Below, in pieces: positions 41,104-49,876 of a DNA stretch of 64,000 nucleotides. The position numbers and the translations under genes are program-made. The stretch is from Bacilli bacterium (GTDB lineage: Bacteria; Bacillota_I; Bacilli_A; RFN20; CAG-826), in NCBI GenBank assembly GCA_017479485.1, contig JAFVCC010000114.1, positions 65,791 through 129,790 of the forward strand, read 5' to 3'. Each line of letters opens with the position of its first letter. The stretch's first letter is position 1. The notes beneath the pieces are model-generated. The model worked only from the letters and a program-made list of their open reading frames with translations. It was not told where the DNA came from and did no database searches.

Positions 41104-41706
41104 ATGGCTAAACTTCTTTATCAAGGACACGCTTCTTTGCGTATCACTTCCGCTGCAGGAAAAGTGCTTTATGTCGACCCGTTTGCCGGCGAAGGCTATG
41201 AGCCTAAGGCAGACCTCGTGCTCATCACTCATGAGCATAGCGACCATAACGCGATTCACATGGTGCCCATGGGATACCGCACGATTGTCGTGCGGAGCAA
41301 AGATGCTTTCTGCGACGGCATCTATCGCGACTTTGATTACTTTGGTTTCAAGGTGCGCGCCGTTCCTGCAGGAAACAAAAACCATAATCCCCAGGAATGC
41401 GTCGGCTATATCATCGATGTCGATGGCGTCCGCATCTATGTCGCGGGTGACACCGACTATATGCCCTTTATGGACCGTCTAGAGAGACAAGAAATTGACT
41501 ATGCTTTATTGCCGATTGACGGCGTCTACAACATGGGACCCGAGGAGGCGACGCGGGTTGCCAACATCATTAAGCCCAAGCATCTTATTCCCTATCACAT
41601 GAAGCCCGGCATGCTTTTCGACATCAAGCAAGATATGCGCGTATCTTACGAGAAAGCGATGCTTGTAAAGCCCGGAAACGAAATCGAGCTCGTTCACGAA
41701 AATTGA
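41104..41706 (+). CDS. MBL-fold metallo-hydrolase
   Basis: 200 aa with an HEHSDHN (HxHxDH) motif. Confidence 0.75.
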   Translation: MAKLLYQGHASLRITSAAGKVLYVDPFAGEGYEPKADLVLITHEHSDHNAIHMVPMGYRTIVVRSKDAFCDGIYRDFDYFGFKVRAVPAGNKNHNPQECVGYIIDVDGVRIYVAGDTDYMPFMDRLERQEIDYALLPIDGVYNMGPEEATRVANIIKPKHLIPYHMKPGMLFDIKQDMRVSYEKAMLVKPGNEIELVHEN

Positions 41707-41789
41707 TATAAAAACAGCGTTATTGCATATATTTCGCGATTTTTTGCGGAGATTTTTGCTTCGCTTGACAGCTCCGTTATGATAGAGCC

Positions 41790-42677
41790 ATGATCCTTTT
41801 CGCATCCGGCAGAACCGACATTCCCGCATTCTATTCCCGCTGGTTCATGAACCGCTATGCGGAAGGGTATGTGGATTCTCGAAACCCGTTCTATCTCAGG
41901 ATGGTGAGCCGTATCTATTTTTCGGATGTCGATGCAATTATGTTTTGCTCGAAGAACCCAACGCCCATTTTAGACGAGCTACCGAAGATCGATAAGCCTA
42001 TCGTTTTCCACGTTACGATTACCCCATATCGAAAGGATATTGAGCCGCGTCTTTATGACAAGAGAGAGGTCCTCGACGCCGTTAAACGCCTTTCCACGAT
42101 GCTTTCGCCGCGTTACGTCGTCGTGCGCTATGACCCCATCTTTCTTTCCGATGTATATGACGTCGATTACCATCTGCGAGCTTTTCGAAAATTGACCCAA
42201 GAACTCCGCGGTTATATCAATACCGTCATCGTCTCTTTCATCGATGACTGCAAGTCCGTTCGAAGAAACCAAGCCATATTAAACTCCCGTCCCTTCGAGG
42301 AAGAAGATTATCGTCGACTCGGTGAAGGATTCTCCGCGTTGGCCAGCGAAGCGGGAATGGTGGTGCAGACTTGCTATGAACAGAGGAACCTTTTTGAATA
42401 CGGCTTCTATAACGGCGAATGTTTCCCCGTATCTTTAGCCTATGAACTAACGGGCAAGAAATTCAAAGCGAATATGCCTCGAAAAGGCGGGGCGTGCCAC
42501 TGCGTCGGCATGGCGGATATCGGTGACTACAATTGCTGTCCCCATGGCTGCAAATATTGCTATGCAAACTACGATGAAAAGAACGTCTTCGAGAACATGA
42601 AGAAACATGACCCGAACTCCAGTCTGCTCATTGGGCACGTATCTGCCGACGATATCATCAAGGTACGTAAGCCTTAA
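41790..42677 (+). CDS. DUF1848 family protein
   Basis: 295 aa. N-terminal ASGRTDIPAFYSRWFMNR and a C-terminal Cys cluster CHCV...CCPHGCKYCYAN typical of DUF1848. Confidence 0.75.
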   Translation: MILFASGRTDIPAFYSRWFMNRYAEGYVDSRNPFYLRMVSRIYFSDVDAIMFCSKNPTPILDELPKIDKPIVFHVTITPYRKDIEPRLYDKREVLDAVKRLSTMLSPRYVVVRYDPIFLSDVYDVDYHLRAFRKLTQELRGYINTVIVSFIDDCKSVRRNQAILNSRPFEEEDYRRLGEGFSALASEAGMVVQTCYEQRNLFEYGFYNGECFPVSLAYELTGKKFKANMPRKGGACHCVGMADIGDYNCCPHGCKYCYANYDEKNVFENMKKHDPNSSLLIGHVSADDIIKVRKP

Positions 42678-42712
42678 AGCGGTGGATTCTATATAGAAAA
42701 GCAAACTTATGA

Positions 42713-42741
42713 TTGTCAACCGAACCGCTTTTGTCTATGAT
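42713..42741 (+). promoter_or_regulatory. sigma-70-type promoter of rpmE
   Basis: TTGTCA (42713-42718), a 17-nt spacer, then TATGAT (42736-42741). Confidence 0.5.
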
Positions 42742-42793
42742 TATCCCGCTCTCTGTGAGGCTTTGGTTCCTCACGGCGAAAGGAGATAGAAAA

Positions 42794-43006
42794 ATGAAAG
42801 AAGGCATCCACCCCAAGTACCACAAGTGCGTCGTCACTTGCACCACCTGCGGATCCACGTTCGAGACCGGCTCCACCTTGAAGGAAATCAAGGTTGATAC
42901 CTGCTCCAACTGCCATCCGTTCTACACGGGAAAACAGCGCTTCGTCGCCAACGACGGCCGCATCGATCGCTTCAACAAGAAGCTCGCCAAATCCCAGGGC
43001 AAGTAA
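42794..43006 (+). CDS. rpmE: 50S ribosomal protein L31 (Zn-binding type, CxxC...CxxC)
   Basis: 70 aa starting [23 protein letters not shown]...[13 protein letters not shown], with an AAAGGAGA RBS. Confidence 0.95.
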   Translation: MKEGIHPKYHKCVVTCTTCGSTFETGSTLKEIKVDTCSNCHPFYTGKQRFVANDGRIDRFNKKLAKSQGK

Positions 43007-43023
43007 TCAAGGGTTACATAAAG

Positions 43024-43051
43024 AGAGTCGCAGAAAACGCGGCTCTTTTTC
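43024..43051 (+). terminator. rho-independent terminator after rpmE
   Basis: AGAGTCGC/GCGGCTCT stem followed by TTTTT. Confidence 0.7.
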
Positions 43052-43104
43052 GTCTCCGTGAGAAAGGAGTATGATTTTGCCGTTATTCCAAAGGAGGATA
43101 AGCA

Positions 43105-43629
43105 ATGCAAAACGAAGACAATCTCATTTGCGAGTTAAAACAAGTCCCTGCGACTCGGAAAGACTTCCTGTTTCTCCATCTTATGCTCCAACTGCCGACG
43201 TTTATCTGCGGCGCTGTGCTTTTCGTTGCTGCTCCTTTGCTCGAAGTGTGGATCTATTCCGGCGTAATGGACACCGTGAATACCATCTTCTCCATCGCAC
43301 TTTGGGTCGTTCTTGGATTGCTCGCGGTGATGATGGTCTTCTCCTATCTTGTGCTGCCGTTACGTTCCTATCGCATTGCGCATAGCTACCGCTCGCAAAG
43401 GAAGCTATATCAAGATCGACTTTTCATTCGCATGGAGCCGAAGGAAGGCATTCAAGGCCATCCGAGCGAGCTTACGTTCCGCTTTGATGGCACGACGAAA
43501 GTTAAAGCGTTCAAGAATTACTTCGGCATCTTTTCCATCGATAACCGCAGGAAAGTTGCGACCCTCGCGAAATACGAGGATTTGAACGAAGAAGGTATCG
43601 CATTCTTGCAAAGCCTCGCTAAAAAATAA
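43105..43629 (+). CDS. hypothetical membrane protein (two TM segments plus a soluble domain)
   Basis: 174-aa ORF with an AGGAGGA RBS and two hydrophobic helices. Function unknown. Confidence 0.55.
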   Translation: MQNEDNLICELKQVPATRKDFLFLHLMLQLPTFICGAVLFVAAPLLEVWIYSGVMDTVNTIFSIALWVVLGLLAVMMVFSYLVLPLRSYRIAHSYRSQRKLYQDRLFIRMEPKEGIQGHPSELTFRFDGTTKVKAFKNYFGIFSIDNRRKVATLAKYEDLNEEGIAFLQSLAKK

Positions 43630-44074
43630 AACAAAAAAACCGCGTTTTGCTTTGCTTTTTCTATTTGCAGCGCAAATCTGCGGTATTTTTTGTGCTTGTT
43701 TCGCCTTCCCCGTTTGCTCGTAATAATATTCAGGAATTACTGGAAGTGGCTCATCCTCGCGGCGAAGTGGTACGTATGCATAACCAACAATCCAAGGCCC
43801 AACGTTGATGATGGTAACGCAGCTCATAATGACGTCGGGGTGGTTGCCTTGATGCCAAAGCGCTGCTCAAAGGCTTGTTGCCTTGCACGCAAGGAAGGAC
43901 CCGTCAAACGCCACGATAACGCTCCTTGTCAAATAACGGGGGCGTATGTCAAATTCTAGTAATCGACAAAATGCGGTATTATCGGGAAATTTGATAGACG
44001 ATTGGCGTATTTTCCCATTGAATTTGGGATAAAGGGTTCTAGAATACCCTTTGTACTTGAAAAGAGGTAAAGAT

Positions 44075-45391
44075 ATGTCCAAAAGTTCTACCAAAACGAG
44101 TCGAGTTCTGCGGGCGACCCTCTGGGGAAGCTTGTTCTTCCTTATCAGCGGTCTTGTCACAGGCCTCTCCGGCGTGTTTAATCTTACCCCCGCCGGAACC
44201 GGAACACTCAATGGTGTGAAAATCGTGTATGGCGTCCGCGCTTCAATGACCAACTATTTCAATCTTTGGAGACCGTCTCGGTTCCCCTTGGATTGGGCCT
44301 TTGTCGTGCAGATCATCGTCCTTTTCGCCGTTGGGCTATTCGTGCTCAACCTGATCACTGCGTTGATCAAAAAAGATTATGTCCGTATTTTCCCGGCGTT
44401 CATGTTGACCTTGTCCTTAGGGTTCCTTCCCTATTTCTTGGTCTTGGTCATGCCGGAAATCGAGCTCGGCGTCTTGCCGGGAAGAGCGGGCCTTGTGCTT
44501 GCCCTTTGCGCTTGCGTCGACATCATTTCCATCATCATTCTTTTCGCTGCTGTCGCGCCGCTTGTTCGCGAAGCTTACTATGGCCTCGGCCATTTCTTCG
44601 CTGGGCTTGAACGCAAAGAAAACGAAGTGGTGGAAGAACCGATTGTTCCTGCTGAGGAAGGCCTCACCGAAAAAGACGTTCGTGTCATTGCTTCCGATCT
44701 CATCCACGAACACGAGATTAACCTCCACAAGAATCCGATGCCCGTCGCTGATCCCGAACCAGAACCTGAACCAGAGCCCGAACCGGAGCCTGAGCCAGAA
44801 CCCGAACCCGAACCGGAACCTGAGCCAGCACCTGAGCCAGAGCCCGAACCGGAGCCCGAGCCGGAAAACGAGGACGAAGAACTCGCCGGCGAAGTGGATG
44901 ACGACACTGAAGAAGGCGAACCTGCCGAAGAAGATGACGGCGAGCCCGACGATGATGGCGATGCCGACGATCCCTTCAGCGGACTTAAGTCCAAAAAGCG
45001 TCCGAAATTCGATACCGTCCTTGCGAAATCGGATGCGGATCTCCGCCACAAGTATTACAACCTCCGCGACTATGTCCGCTGGTATGAAGTGAAGATGCGT
45101 AAGTCCAACTATGGCCGCTCCTTCCGCCTCCATTACACCCGCTATGTCTACATGACCATCAGCGGCAAACACATCAAGGTCTACCTCGCGATCGACCCCG
45201 CCAACTACGAGAATAGCACCATCCCCGTCAAGCGCGTTGAATCCCAGAAGTATCAGGATGTTCCTTGCTTATTCAAGGTCCGTTCCGACCTCTCCTATCG
45301 CCGCGCGAAACAGCTCATCGACGACGTGATGGCCGCTGGCGGCATCCCCAAGCCCGAGGGACCAGCGCCCAAAGAACACGGCGTTAAATAA
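44075..45391 (+). CDS. hypothetical membrane protein with central (Pro-Glu)n / acidic linker and basic C-terminal domain
   Basis: Start at the ATG at 44075 (RBS AAGAGG). About 5 TM helices, then the PE repeat and an acidic run, then a conserved-looking basic C-terminal domain. Confidence 0.7.
   Translation: MSKSSTKTSRVLRATLWGSLFFLISGLVTGLSGVFNLTPAGTGTLNGVKIVYGVRASMTNYFNLWRPSRFPLDWAFVVQIIVLFAVGLFVLNLITALIKKDYVRIFPAFMLTLSLGFLPYFLVLVMPEIELGVLPGRAGLVLALCACVDIISIIILFAAVAPLVREAYYGLGHFFAGLERKENEVVEEPIVPAEEGLTEKDVRVIASDLIHEHEINLHKNPMPVADPEPEPEPEPEPEPEPEPEPEPEPEPAPEPEPEPEPEPENEDEELAGEVDDDTEEGEPAEEDDGEPDDDGDADDPFSGLKSKKRPKFDTVLAKSDADLRHKYYNLRDYVRWYEVKMRKSNYGRSFRLHYTRYVYMTISGKHIKVYLAIDPANYENSTIPVKRVESQKYQDVPCLFKVRSDLSYRRAKQLIDDVMAAGGIPKPEGPAPKEHGVK
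44753..44866 (+). repeat. in-frame (Pro-Glu) dipeptide repeat, ~19 units
   Basis: Encodes [34 protein letters not shown] using mixed synonymous codons (ccc/cca/cct/ccg and gaa/gag). Confidence 0.9.
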
Positions 45392-45518
45392 CATACCCTT
45401 AAGGCCTGCGGTCCATCCGTGGGCCTTTTGCTTATTCCGCCTGTTTTCTCTATTAGAGAATGATACAATAACGCCGGACTAAGGCCGGGCCCATTTCCCG
45501 CGCCGACAAGGAGCCAAT

Positions 45519-47120
45519 ATGAGCAAAAAGTTTTACATCACTACCCCCATTTATTACCCATCTGCCTCGCCGCACCTCGGCCATGCCTACTGCACAACCC
45601 TCTGCGACGTCATTGCCCGCAGCAAGAGGATGAGGGGCTTTGAGACCTATTTCCTTACGGGCCTCGACGAACACGGCGAAAAGATTCAGAAAAACGCTGA
45701 AGCCAAAGGCGTTACCCCGCAGGCATTCGTCGATGAAGTCGCGACGCGTTTCCTTTCCCTTTGGGACGCGATGAAGATTTCCAACGATGGTTTCATCCGC
45801 ACCACCCAGCCGCGTCATGAAAAAACCGTGCAGAAGATTTTCTCCATGATGCTTAATAAGGGCGATATTTATCTTTCCACCTATACCGGCTGGTATTGCG
45901 TCCACGAGGAATCCTATTGGACCGCTACCCAAGTCGGGGAGGAACATACTTGCCCCGAATGCGGTAGGCCCTGCGAGCAAAAAGACGAAGAAGCTTATTT
46001 CTACCGCTGCCAAGATCACGTCGATAGCCTGCTCAAATACTACGATTCCAACCCTTTATTCATCACGCCGGAATCCCGCAAAAACGAGATGATCAATACC
46101 TTCATCAAGCCGGGGCTTATGGATCTTTGCGTCTCTCGCACGAGTTTCTCTTGGGGTATCCAAGTTGTGGAAAATCCGACGCACGTGGTCTACGTTTGGC
46201 TCGACGCGTTAACCAACTACATCACCGCTCTAGGCTACCTTCAGGAAGACGACTCCCTCTTCCAGAAATTCTGGATGGACGAAGAATGCGAAATTGTCCA
46301 TGTCATCGGCGCGGACATCAACCGCTTCCATACCATCTATTGGCCGATGTTCTTAGAATCGCTTGGACTACGCAAACCAAACCGCGTCTATGTCCACGGC
46401 CTTTTGATGATGAAGGATGGCAAGATGAGCAAGTCCAAAGGCAACACCATCAGCGCATATCCGCTCATCGAACGCTATGGCGTCGACGCCGTACGTTACT
46501 ACATGGTCAGCGAGATTCCTTTTGGCCAAAACGGCGTCTTCACCCCGGAGCAATTCGTCATGAGAATCAATCAGGACCTCGTCAATAACTTCGGAAACCT
46601 CCTCAATCGTACCGTCTCCATGATGGCAAAGTACTTCGGTGGCGTTACGCCGAATTACCGCGCCAAAGTGGACGCCCTTGACGAAGAAGTCGACCAACTC
46701 ATCCGCGCGACTAAGGTTGCCTATGAGACACTGAACGACGACCTCCAGGTTACTCAAGCCTATGAGAAAGTCATGGAACTTGTTTCTCGGGCGAATAAAT
46801 ACATCGAAGAGAAGGCGCCCTGGGCATTGGCCAAAGACCCCTCTAAGAAAGAAGAGCTTGAAGGCGTTATGGCGCGTCTCGCCCACGTCGTCTACGCCTC
46901 GGCGTTGATGCTCTCTCCGATCCTCGTAGAGAAGTCTGCGCTTGTATATGCTTCCCTTGGCGTCGACTCCCCGAATTACGAAGACATTGATAAACTCGGT
47001 GTCCTCGACCTCAAGCAAACCGTGAAGGGTGACATCCTCTTCCCGCGTCTTGATGCGGAGAAGGAAACGGAAGCCATCGTCGAGATGATGAACGGCCCGA
47101 AAGAAAAGGCTGCCGCTTAA
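45519..47120 (+). CDS. metG: methionyl-tRNA synthetase
   Basis: 533 aa with HIGH-type PHLGHAY, a zinc-knuckle CPECGRPC, and KMSKS. Confidence 0.95.
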   Translation: MSKKFYITTPIYYPSASPHLGHAYCTTLCDVIARSKRMRGFETYFLTGLDEHGEKIQKNAEAKGVTPQAFVDEVATRFLSLWDAMKISNDGFIRTTQPRHEKTVQKIFSMMLNKGDIYLSTYTGWYCVHEESYWTATQVGEEHTCPECGRPCEQKDEEAYFYRCQDHVDSLLKYYDSNPLFITPESRKNEMINTFIKPGLMDLCVSRTSFSWGIQVVENPTHVVYVWLDALTNYITALGYLQEDDSLFQKFWMDEECEIVHVIGADINRFHTIYWPMFLESLGLRKPNRVYVHGLLMMKDGKMSKSKGNTISAYPLIERYGVDAVRYYMVSEIPFGQNGVFTPEQFVMRINQDLVNNFGNLLNRTVSMMAKYFGGVTPNYRAKVDALDEEVDQLIRATKVAYETLNDDLQVTQAYEKVMELVSRANKYIEEKAPWALAKDPSKKEELEGVMARLAHVVYASALMLSPILVEKSALVYASLGVDSPNYEDIDKLGVLDLKQTVKGDILFPRLDAEKETEAIVEMMNGPKEKAAA

Positions 47121-47129
47121 GATAACCAA

Positions 47130-47165
47130 GGCCGCGACGCTCCGAAAAGCTGCGCGGCCTTTTTC
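47130..47165 (+). terminator. rho-independent terminator after metG
   Basis: GGCCGCG ... CGCGGCC stem followed by TTTTT. Confidence 0.75.
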
Positions 47166-47223
47166 TATGCCTCAACGCCGCTAGGCTAAGGAGTTTAGGC
47201 CCTAATTATGGTATCATTTATGC

Positions 47224-48669
47224 ATGCCAAGAAAATCTCCGCAAAAAATCAAAAATTCTTCGCAAATCCTGCACGGAATCTGCGTTGACATCTCTTTTGA
47301 AGGCAAAGGCGTCGTCAAAATTGACGGGGATATTTATTTCGTTCCAGGCATATTCCCGGGAGAAGAAGGGGATATCGCGTTTGACTATTCTCGAGGCGGA
47401 GCGAAGTTTGGCAAGGTTATTAAACTCGATAAAGTATCCCCAAACCGCATTCAGCCGCGTTGCAAGATCTGTTCCGCTTGCGGAGGTTGCTGCTTCCAAC
47501 AATATGACTATCCGGCTCAGCTGGTTTATAAGACCGGCAAGGTTAAAGAACAGTTCCGCAAAATCGCCAAGATGGACGTTGAGCCTCTTCCCTGCATTGG
47601 AATGGACGACCCCTATTTCTACCGAAACAAGATCCAGATGCCCTTCGCTAAGGACAATCGAGGCAACCTCTATTGCGGATTCTATAAAGAAAATACCCAC
47701 GTCATCGTCCCTGTAGATACCTGCTTCATCGAAGATGAGCGGGCGAAGAAAGTTCTCGACGCAGTGAAGAAGCTCGGCAAGAGCTTTCACATTGAACCCT
47801 ATATGGAGGATGAAGGCAGGGGGTTCCTTCGCCACGTCCTTATTCGTACGAGCAAGCACAAAGAACAGGTGATGGTGGTCCTCGTTACGTATAAAGACGC
47901 CTTTCCATCACGGAGTAACTTTGTAAAGGCTTTGGTCCAAGAATGCCCCTTTATTACAACGGTCCTACAAAATGTAAACCCAAGGCACACCAACGTGATT
48001 CTCGGCGAGTTCGAACGCGTTCTTTATGGGCCGGGCTATATCGAAGACCTTTTGTGCGGAATTTCCTTCAAAATCTCTGCAAAATCCTTCTATCAGGTTA
48101 ATCCAGTGATGACGGAAAAGCTGTATATGAAGGCCATTGAAGCGGCTCAATTGACTAAAGAAGACGTGGTTTTTGATGCCTATTCGGGAATTGGAACCAT
48201 TGGCATGGTCGCGGCGAAGCACTGCAAGAATGTCATCGCGGTAGAAATCGTTAAAGAAGCCGTCATTGATGCAAGAAGAAACGCGAAATATAACGGCGTC
48301 GACAACATCGCTTTCTATTGCGACGACGCGAGTTCTTTTATGGTGAATATGGCAAATAAAAAAGAGCACGTGGATGTCTTGTTCATGGACCCTCCAAGGA
48401 AAGGGTCAGACCAGCGTTGCTTAGACGCAGTGTGCAAACTTGCCCCAAGCCGGATTGTATATGTTTCCTGCGATCCCTCCACGCTTGCGCGTGATATCGC
48501 GTATTTGTCCAAGAAATATAAGCTTCAGAGTTTACAACCTGTAGACATGTTCCCCCATACGATGCATGTGGAATCCGTTGCGTCGCTTGAATTAAAAAAC
48601 AACTTCTCAACTTCTCTGTCGCCGCCCAAACCCAACCATCCAGTTTTGTACAAACCCAACCATCCATAA
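47224..48669 (+). CDS. rlmD: 23S rRNA (uracil-C5)-methyltransferase RlmD/RumA family, with replaced C-terminal tail
   Basis: TRAM domain, 4Fe-4S Cys cluster CKICSACGGCCFQ, SAM-MTase motifs and DPPRKG. The last ~27 codons (…LELKNNFSTSLSPPKPNHPVLYKPNHP) read into an inserted repeat element. Confidence 0.88.
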   Translation: MPRKSPQKIKNSSQILHGICVDISFEGKGVVKIDGDIYFVPGIFPGEEGDIAFDYSRGGAKFGKVIKLDKVSPNRIQPRCKICSACGGCCFQQYDYPAQLVYKTGKVKEQFRKIAKMDVEPLPCIGMDDPYFYRNKIQMPFAKDNRGNLYCGFYKENTHVIVPVDTCFIEDERAKKVLDAVKKLGKSFHIEPYMEDEGRGFLRHVLIRTSKHKEQVMVVLVTYKDAFPSRSNFVKALVQECPFITTVLQNVNPRHTNVILGEFERVLYGPGYIEDLLCGISFKISAKSFYQVNPVMTEKLYMKAIEAAQLTKEDVVFDAYSGIGTIGMVAAKHCKNVIAVEIVKEAVIDARRNAKYNGVDNIAFYCDDASSFMVNMANKKEHVDVLFMDPPRKGSDQRCLDAVCKLAPSRIVYVSCDPSTLARDIAYLSKKYKLQSLQPVDMFPHTMHVESVASLELKNNFSTSLSPPKPNHPVLYKPNHP

Positions 48670-48686
48670 CCACCCCATAGAAAACC

Positions 48687-48715
48687 GATCTGACCAACCA
48701 TCAGATCTTTTCTTT
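48687..48715 (+). terminator. hairpin terminator inside element 1, now serving rumA
   Basis: GATCTGA-CCAACCA-TCAGATC followed by TTTTCTTT, 18 nt after the rumA stop. An identical hairpin in element 2 lies at 49687-49716. Confidence 0.7.
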
Positions 48716-49279
48716 ACGCCCACGCCCCACCATACGCCAGACGCCCACGCCGCCGCCCCAGATCCATATATATATCTATAGCCACGCCGCCGACCCCTTC
48801 GCCCGAAGCACGAACCCAGCCTTCGCCCACGCCTGCCGCCCAGCCCATCGCCGACGCCGATCGTTCGCCCTATATATAAATATATAGACCAATCGCCCCA
48901 TGCCTTCCGCGCCGCCGACGATCGCCCCTCGCTTCGCCCTCGCCCAGGACGTCCCACGGAGCCCATATTCGACCCACATCGCCCGCCGCCGCGCAGCCTA
49001 GGCAAACGCCAGCCCCGACGCCGAAACGAAGCCCACGGCCATAATCGCCCGCGCACGCCTCGCAGACGATTCTTTCAACTTTTTTGAAATTCGCATCAAT
49101 TTCTTGAATAAAAACCTCGTATTTTACAATATGAGTTTTTTAAAAATGTGGGGTCCCGGTGCGCCCAGACACGAAAAAACGCCGGGGTACTTGATCTACG
49201 AATGGCTCGACGGAAGACCCCCGCGGCCCCCTTTTCGCGCGCATTATGCGTATTTTCGACTTTATTTATGGAGGGCAGT

Positions 49280-49408
49280 ATGATCATTAAAATTGCAATC
49301 CACGAAGCTTCCAGAGTGACCTACATGATGGTCGCCGAGGACGAGCTCGACACTATCGTCGCCCGTTACCCCGACGCTGAGATCTTCGTGCTGAATATTC
49401 TCGGTTGA
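49280..49408 (+). CDS. small ORF (42 aa) carried by element 1
   Basis: GGAGGG RBS 4 nt upstream, a candidate promoter TTGAAT-15 nt-TACAAT about 150 nt upstream, and a hairpin + T7 terminator at 49425-49450. No recognisable family. Confidence 0.3.
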   Translation: MIIKIAIHEASRVTYMMVAEDELDTIVARYPDAEIFVLNILG

Positions 49409-49424
49409 TGTTAAATCGTTTAAC

Positions 49425-49450
49425 GGTCGCGTTCGTCGCGGCCTTTTTTT
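49425..49450 (+). terminator. rho-independent terminator after the 42-aa sORF
   Basis: GGTCGCG-TTCGT-CGCGGCC stem followed by TTTTTTT. Confidence 0.65.
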
Positions 49451-49779
49451 ACGCCGATTGCTTCCGGGCGGGGCGATTCAGGCGCTCGCGAACCCAACAC
49501 GACGCGGCATAATTCGGATGGGCGACCTTGTGCAAAACTGGATGATTCGATTCGGCCAACGACATTCTCAAAAATTTTTGCGAAGTATTGAGAAGTATTG
49601 CGAAGTTGACTAAAGTTGTCGCCGCCTGAACCCAATCATCCAGTTTTGTACAAAACCAACCATCCATAACCACCCCATAGAAAACTGATCTGACCAACCA
49701 TCAGATCTTTTTCTTTACGCCGACACCCAACCATAAGCTAGACGCCACGCCGCCACCCCATATCCATATATCTATAGCG

Positions 49780-49842
49780 GACGCCGCCGGCCTGAAGCAG
49801 GTCACCAGGGAGGTGGTCAAGGGCGCCATCGGCAGCATGTAG
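49780..49842 (+). pseudogene. orphan 3' gene fragment (…DAAGLKQVTREVVKGAIGSM*) inside element 2
   Basis: Only about 20 codons ending in TAG, immediately followed by a perfect 12-bp hairpin. There is no upstream ORF. Confidence 0.3.
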
Positions 49843-49848
49843 CCGGAA

Positions 49849-49876
49849 GGAAAACGGGGCTGCGGCCCCGTTTTCC
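49849..49876. terminator. perfect 12-bp hairpin (bidirectional terminator-like)
   Basis: GGAAAACGGGGC-TGCG-GCCCCGTTTTCC. Confidence 0.6.

Larger units (their letters stand above)
48618..49563. mobile_element. TIR-bounded non-autonomous element 1 (~946 bp)
   Basis: The ~50-nt left end (48618-48668) and the reverse complement of 49513-49563 match at 36/51 positions without gaps, including the exact core CATCCAGTTTTG. There is no transposase inside. Confidence 0.4.

Noticed and set aside
43630-44074. A 445-nt gap in which two minus-strand ORFs (43867..44253 and 43405..43827) are in the same frame, separated by a single TGA. I considered a TGA-recoded gene or a nonsense pseudogene.
   Set aside because: - TGA is clearly a stop in this genome, as the many ATGA overlaps show.
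- The merged frame has no start or RBS inside the gap.
- It runs into both flanking plus-strand genes and through a terminator.
- At best it is a decayed relic that I cannot identify.
- The gap does contain small hairpins (CCTTG-CACG-CAAGG at 43881-94; AGGGT...ACCCT around TCTAGA at 44033-50), possibly regulatory for the downstream gene.
48607-49056. A 149-aa Arg/Gly-rich minus-strand ORF (and a nested 67-aa ORF) across the C-rich block.
   Set aside because: - Its composition is a direct consequence of the C-rich/G-poor plus strand.
- It has no RBS and no domain-like pattern.
- It overlaps the rumA tail and the repeat hairpin.
48618-49789. Whether the two ~175-nt direct repeats could be the template/variable repeat pair of a diversity-generating retroelement.
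   Set aside because: - The roughly 15 differences include C-to-T, C-to-A, G-to-A and indels, and are not confined to adenines of one copy.
- There is no reverse transcriptase in the window.
- The repeats are not inside a target gene's C-terminal variable region.
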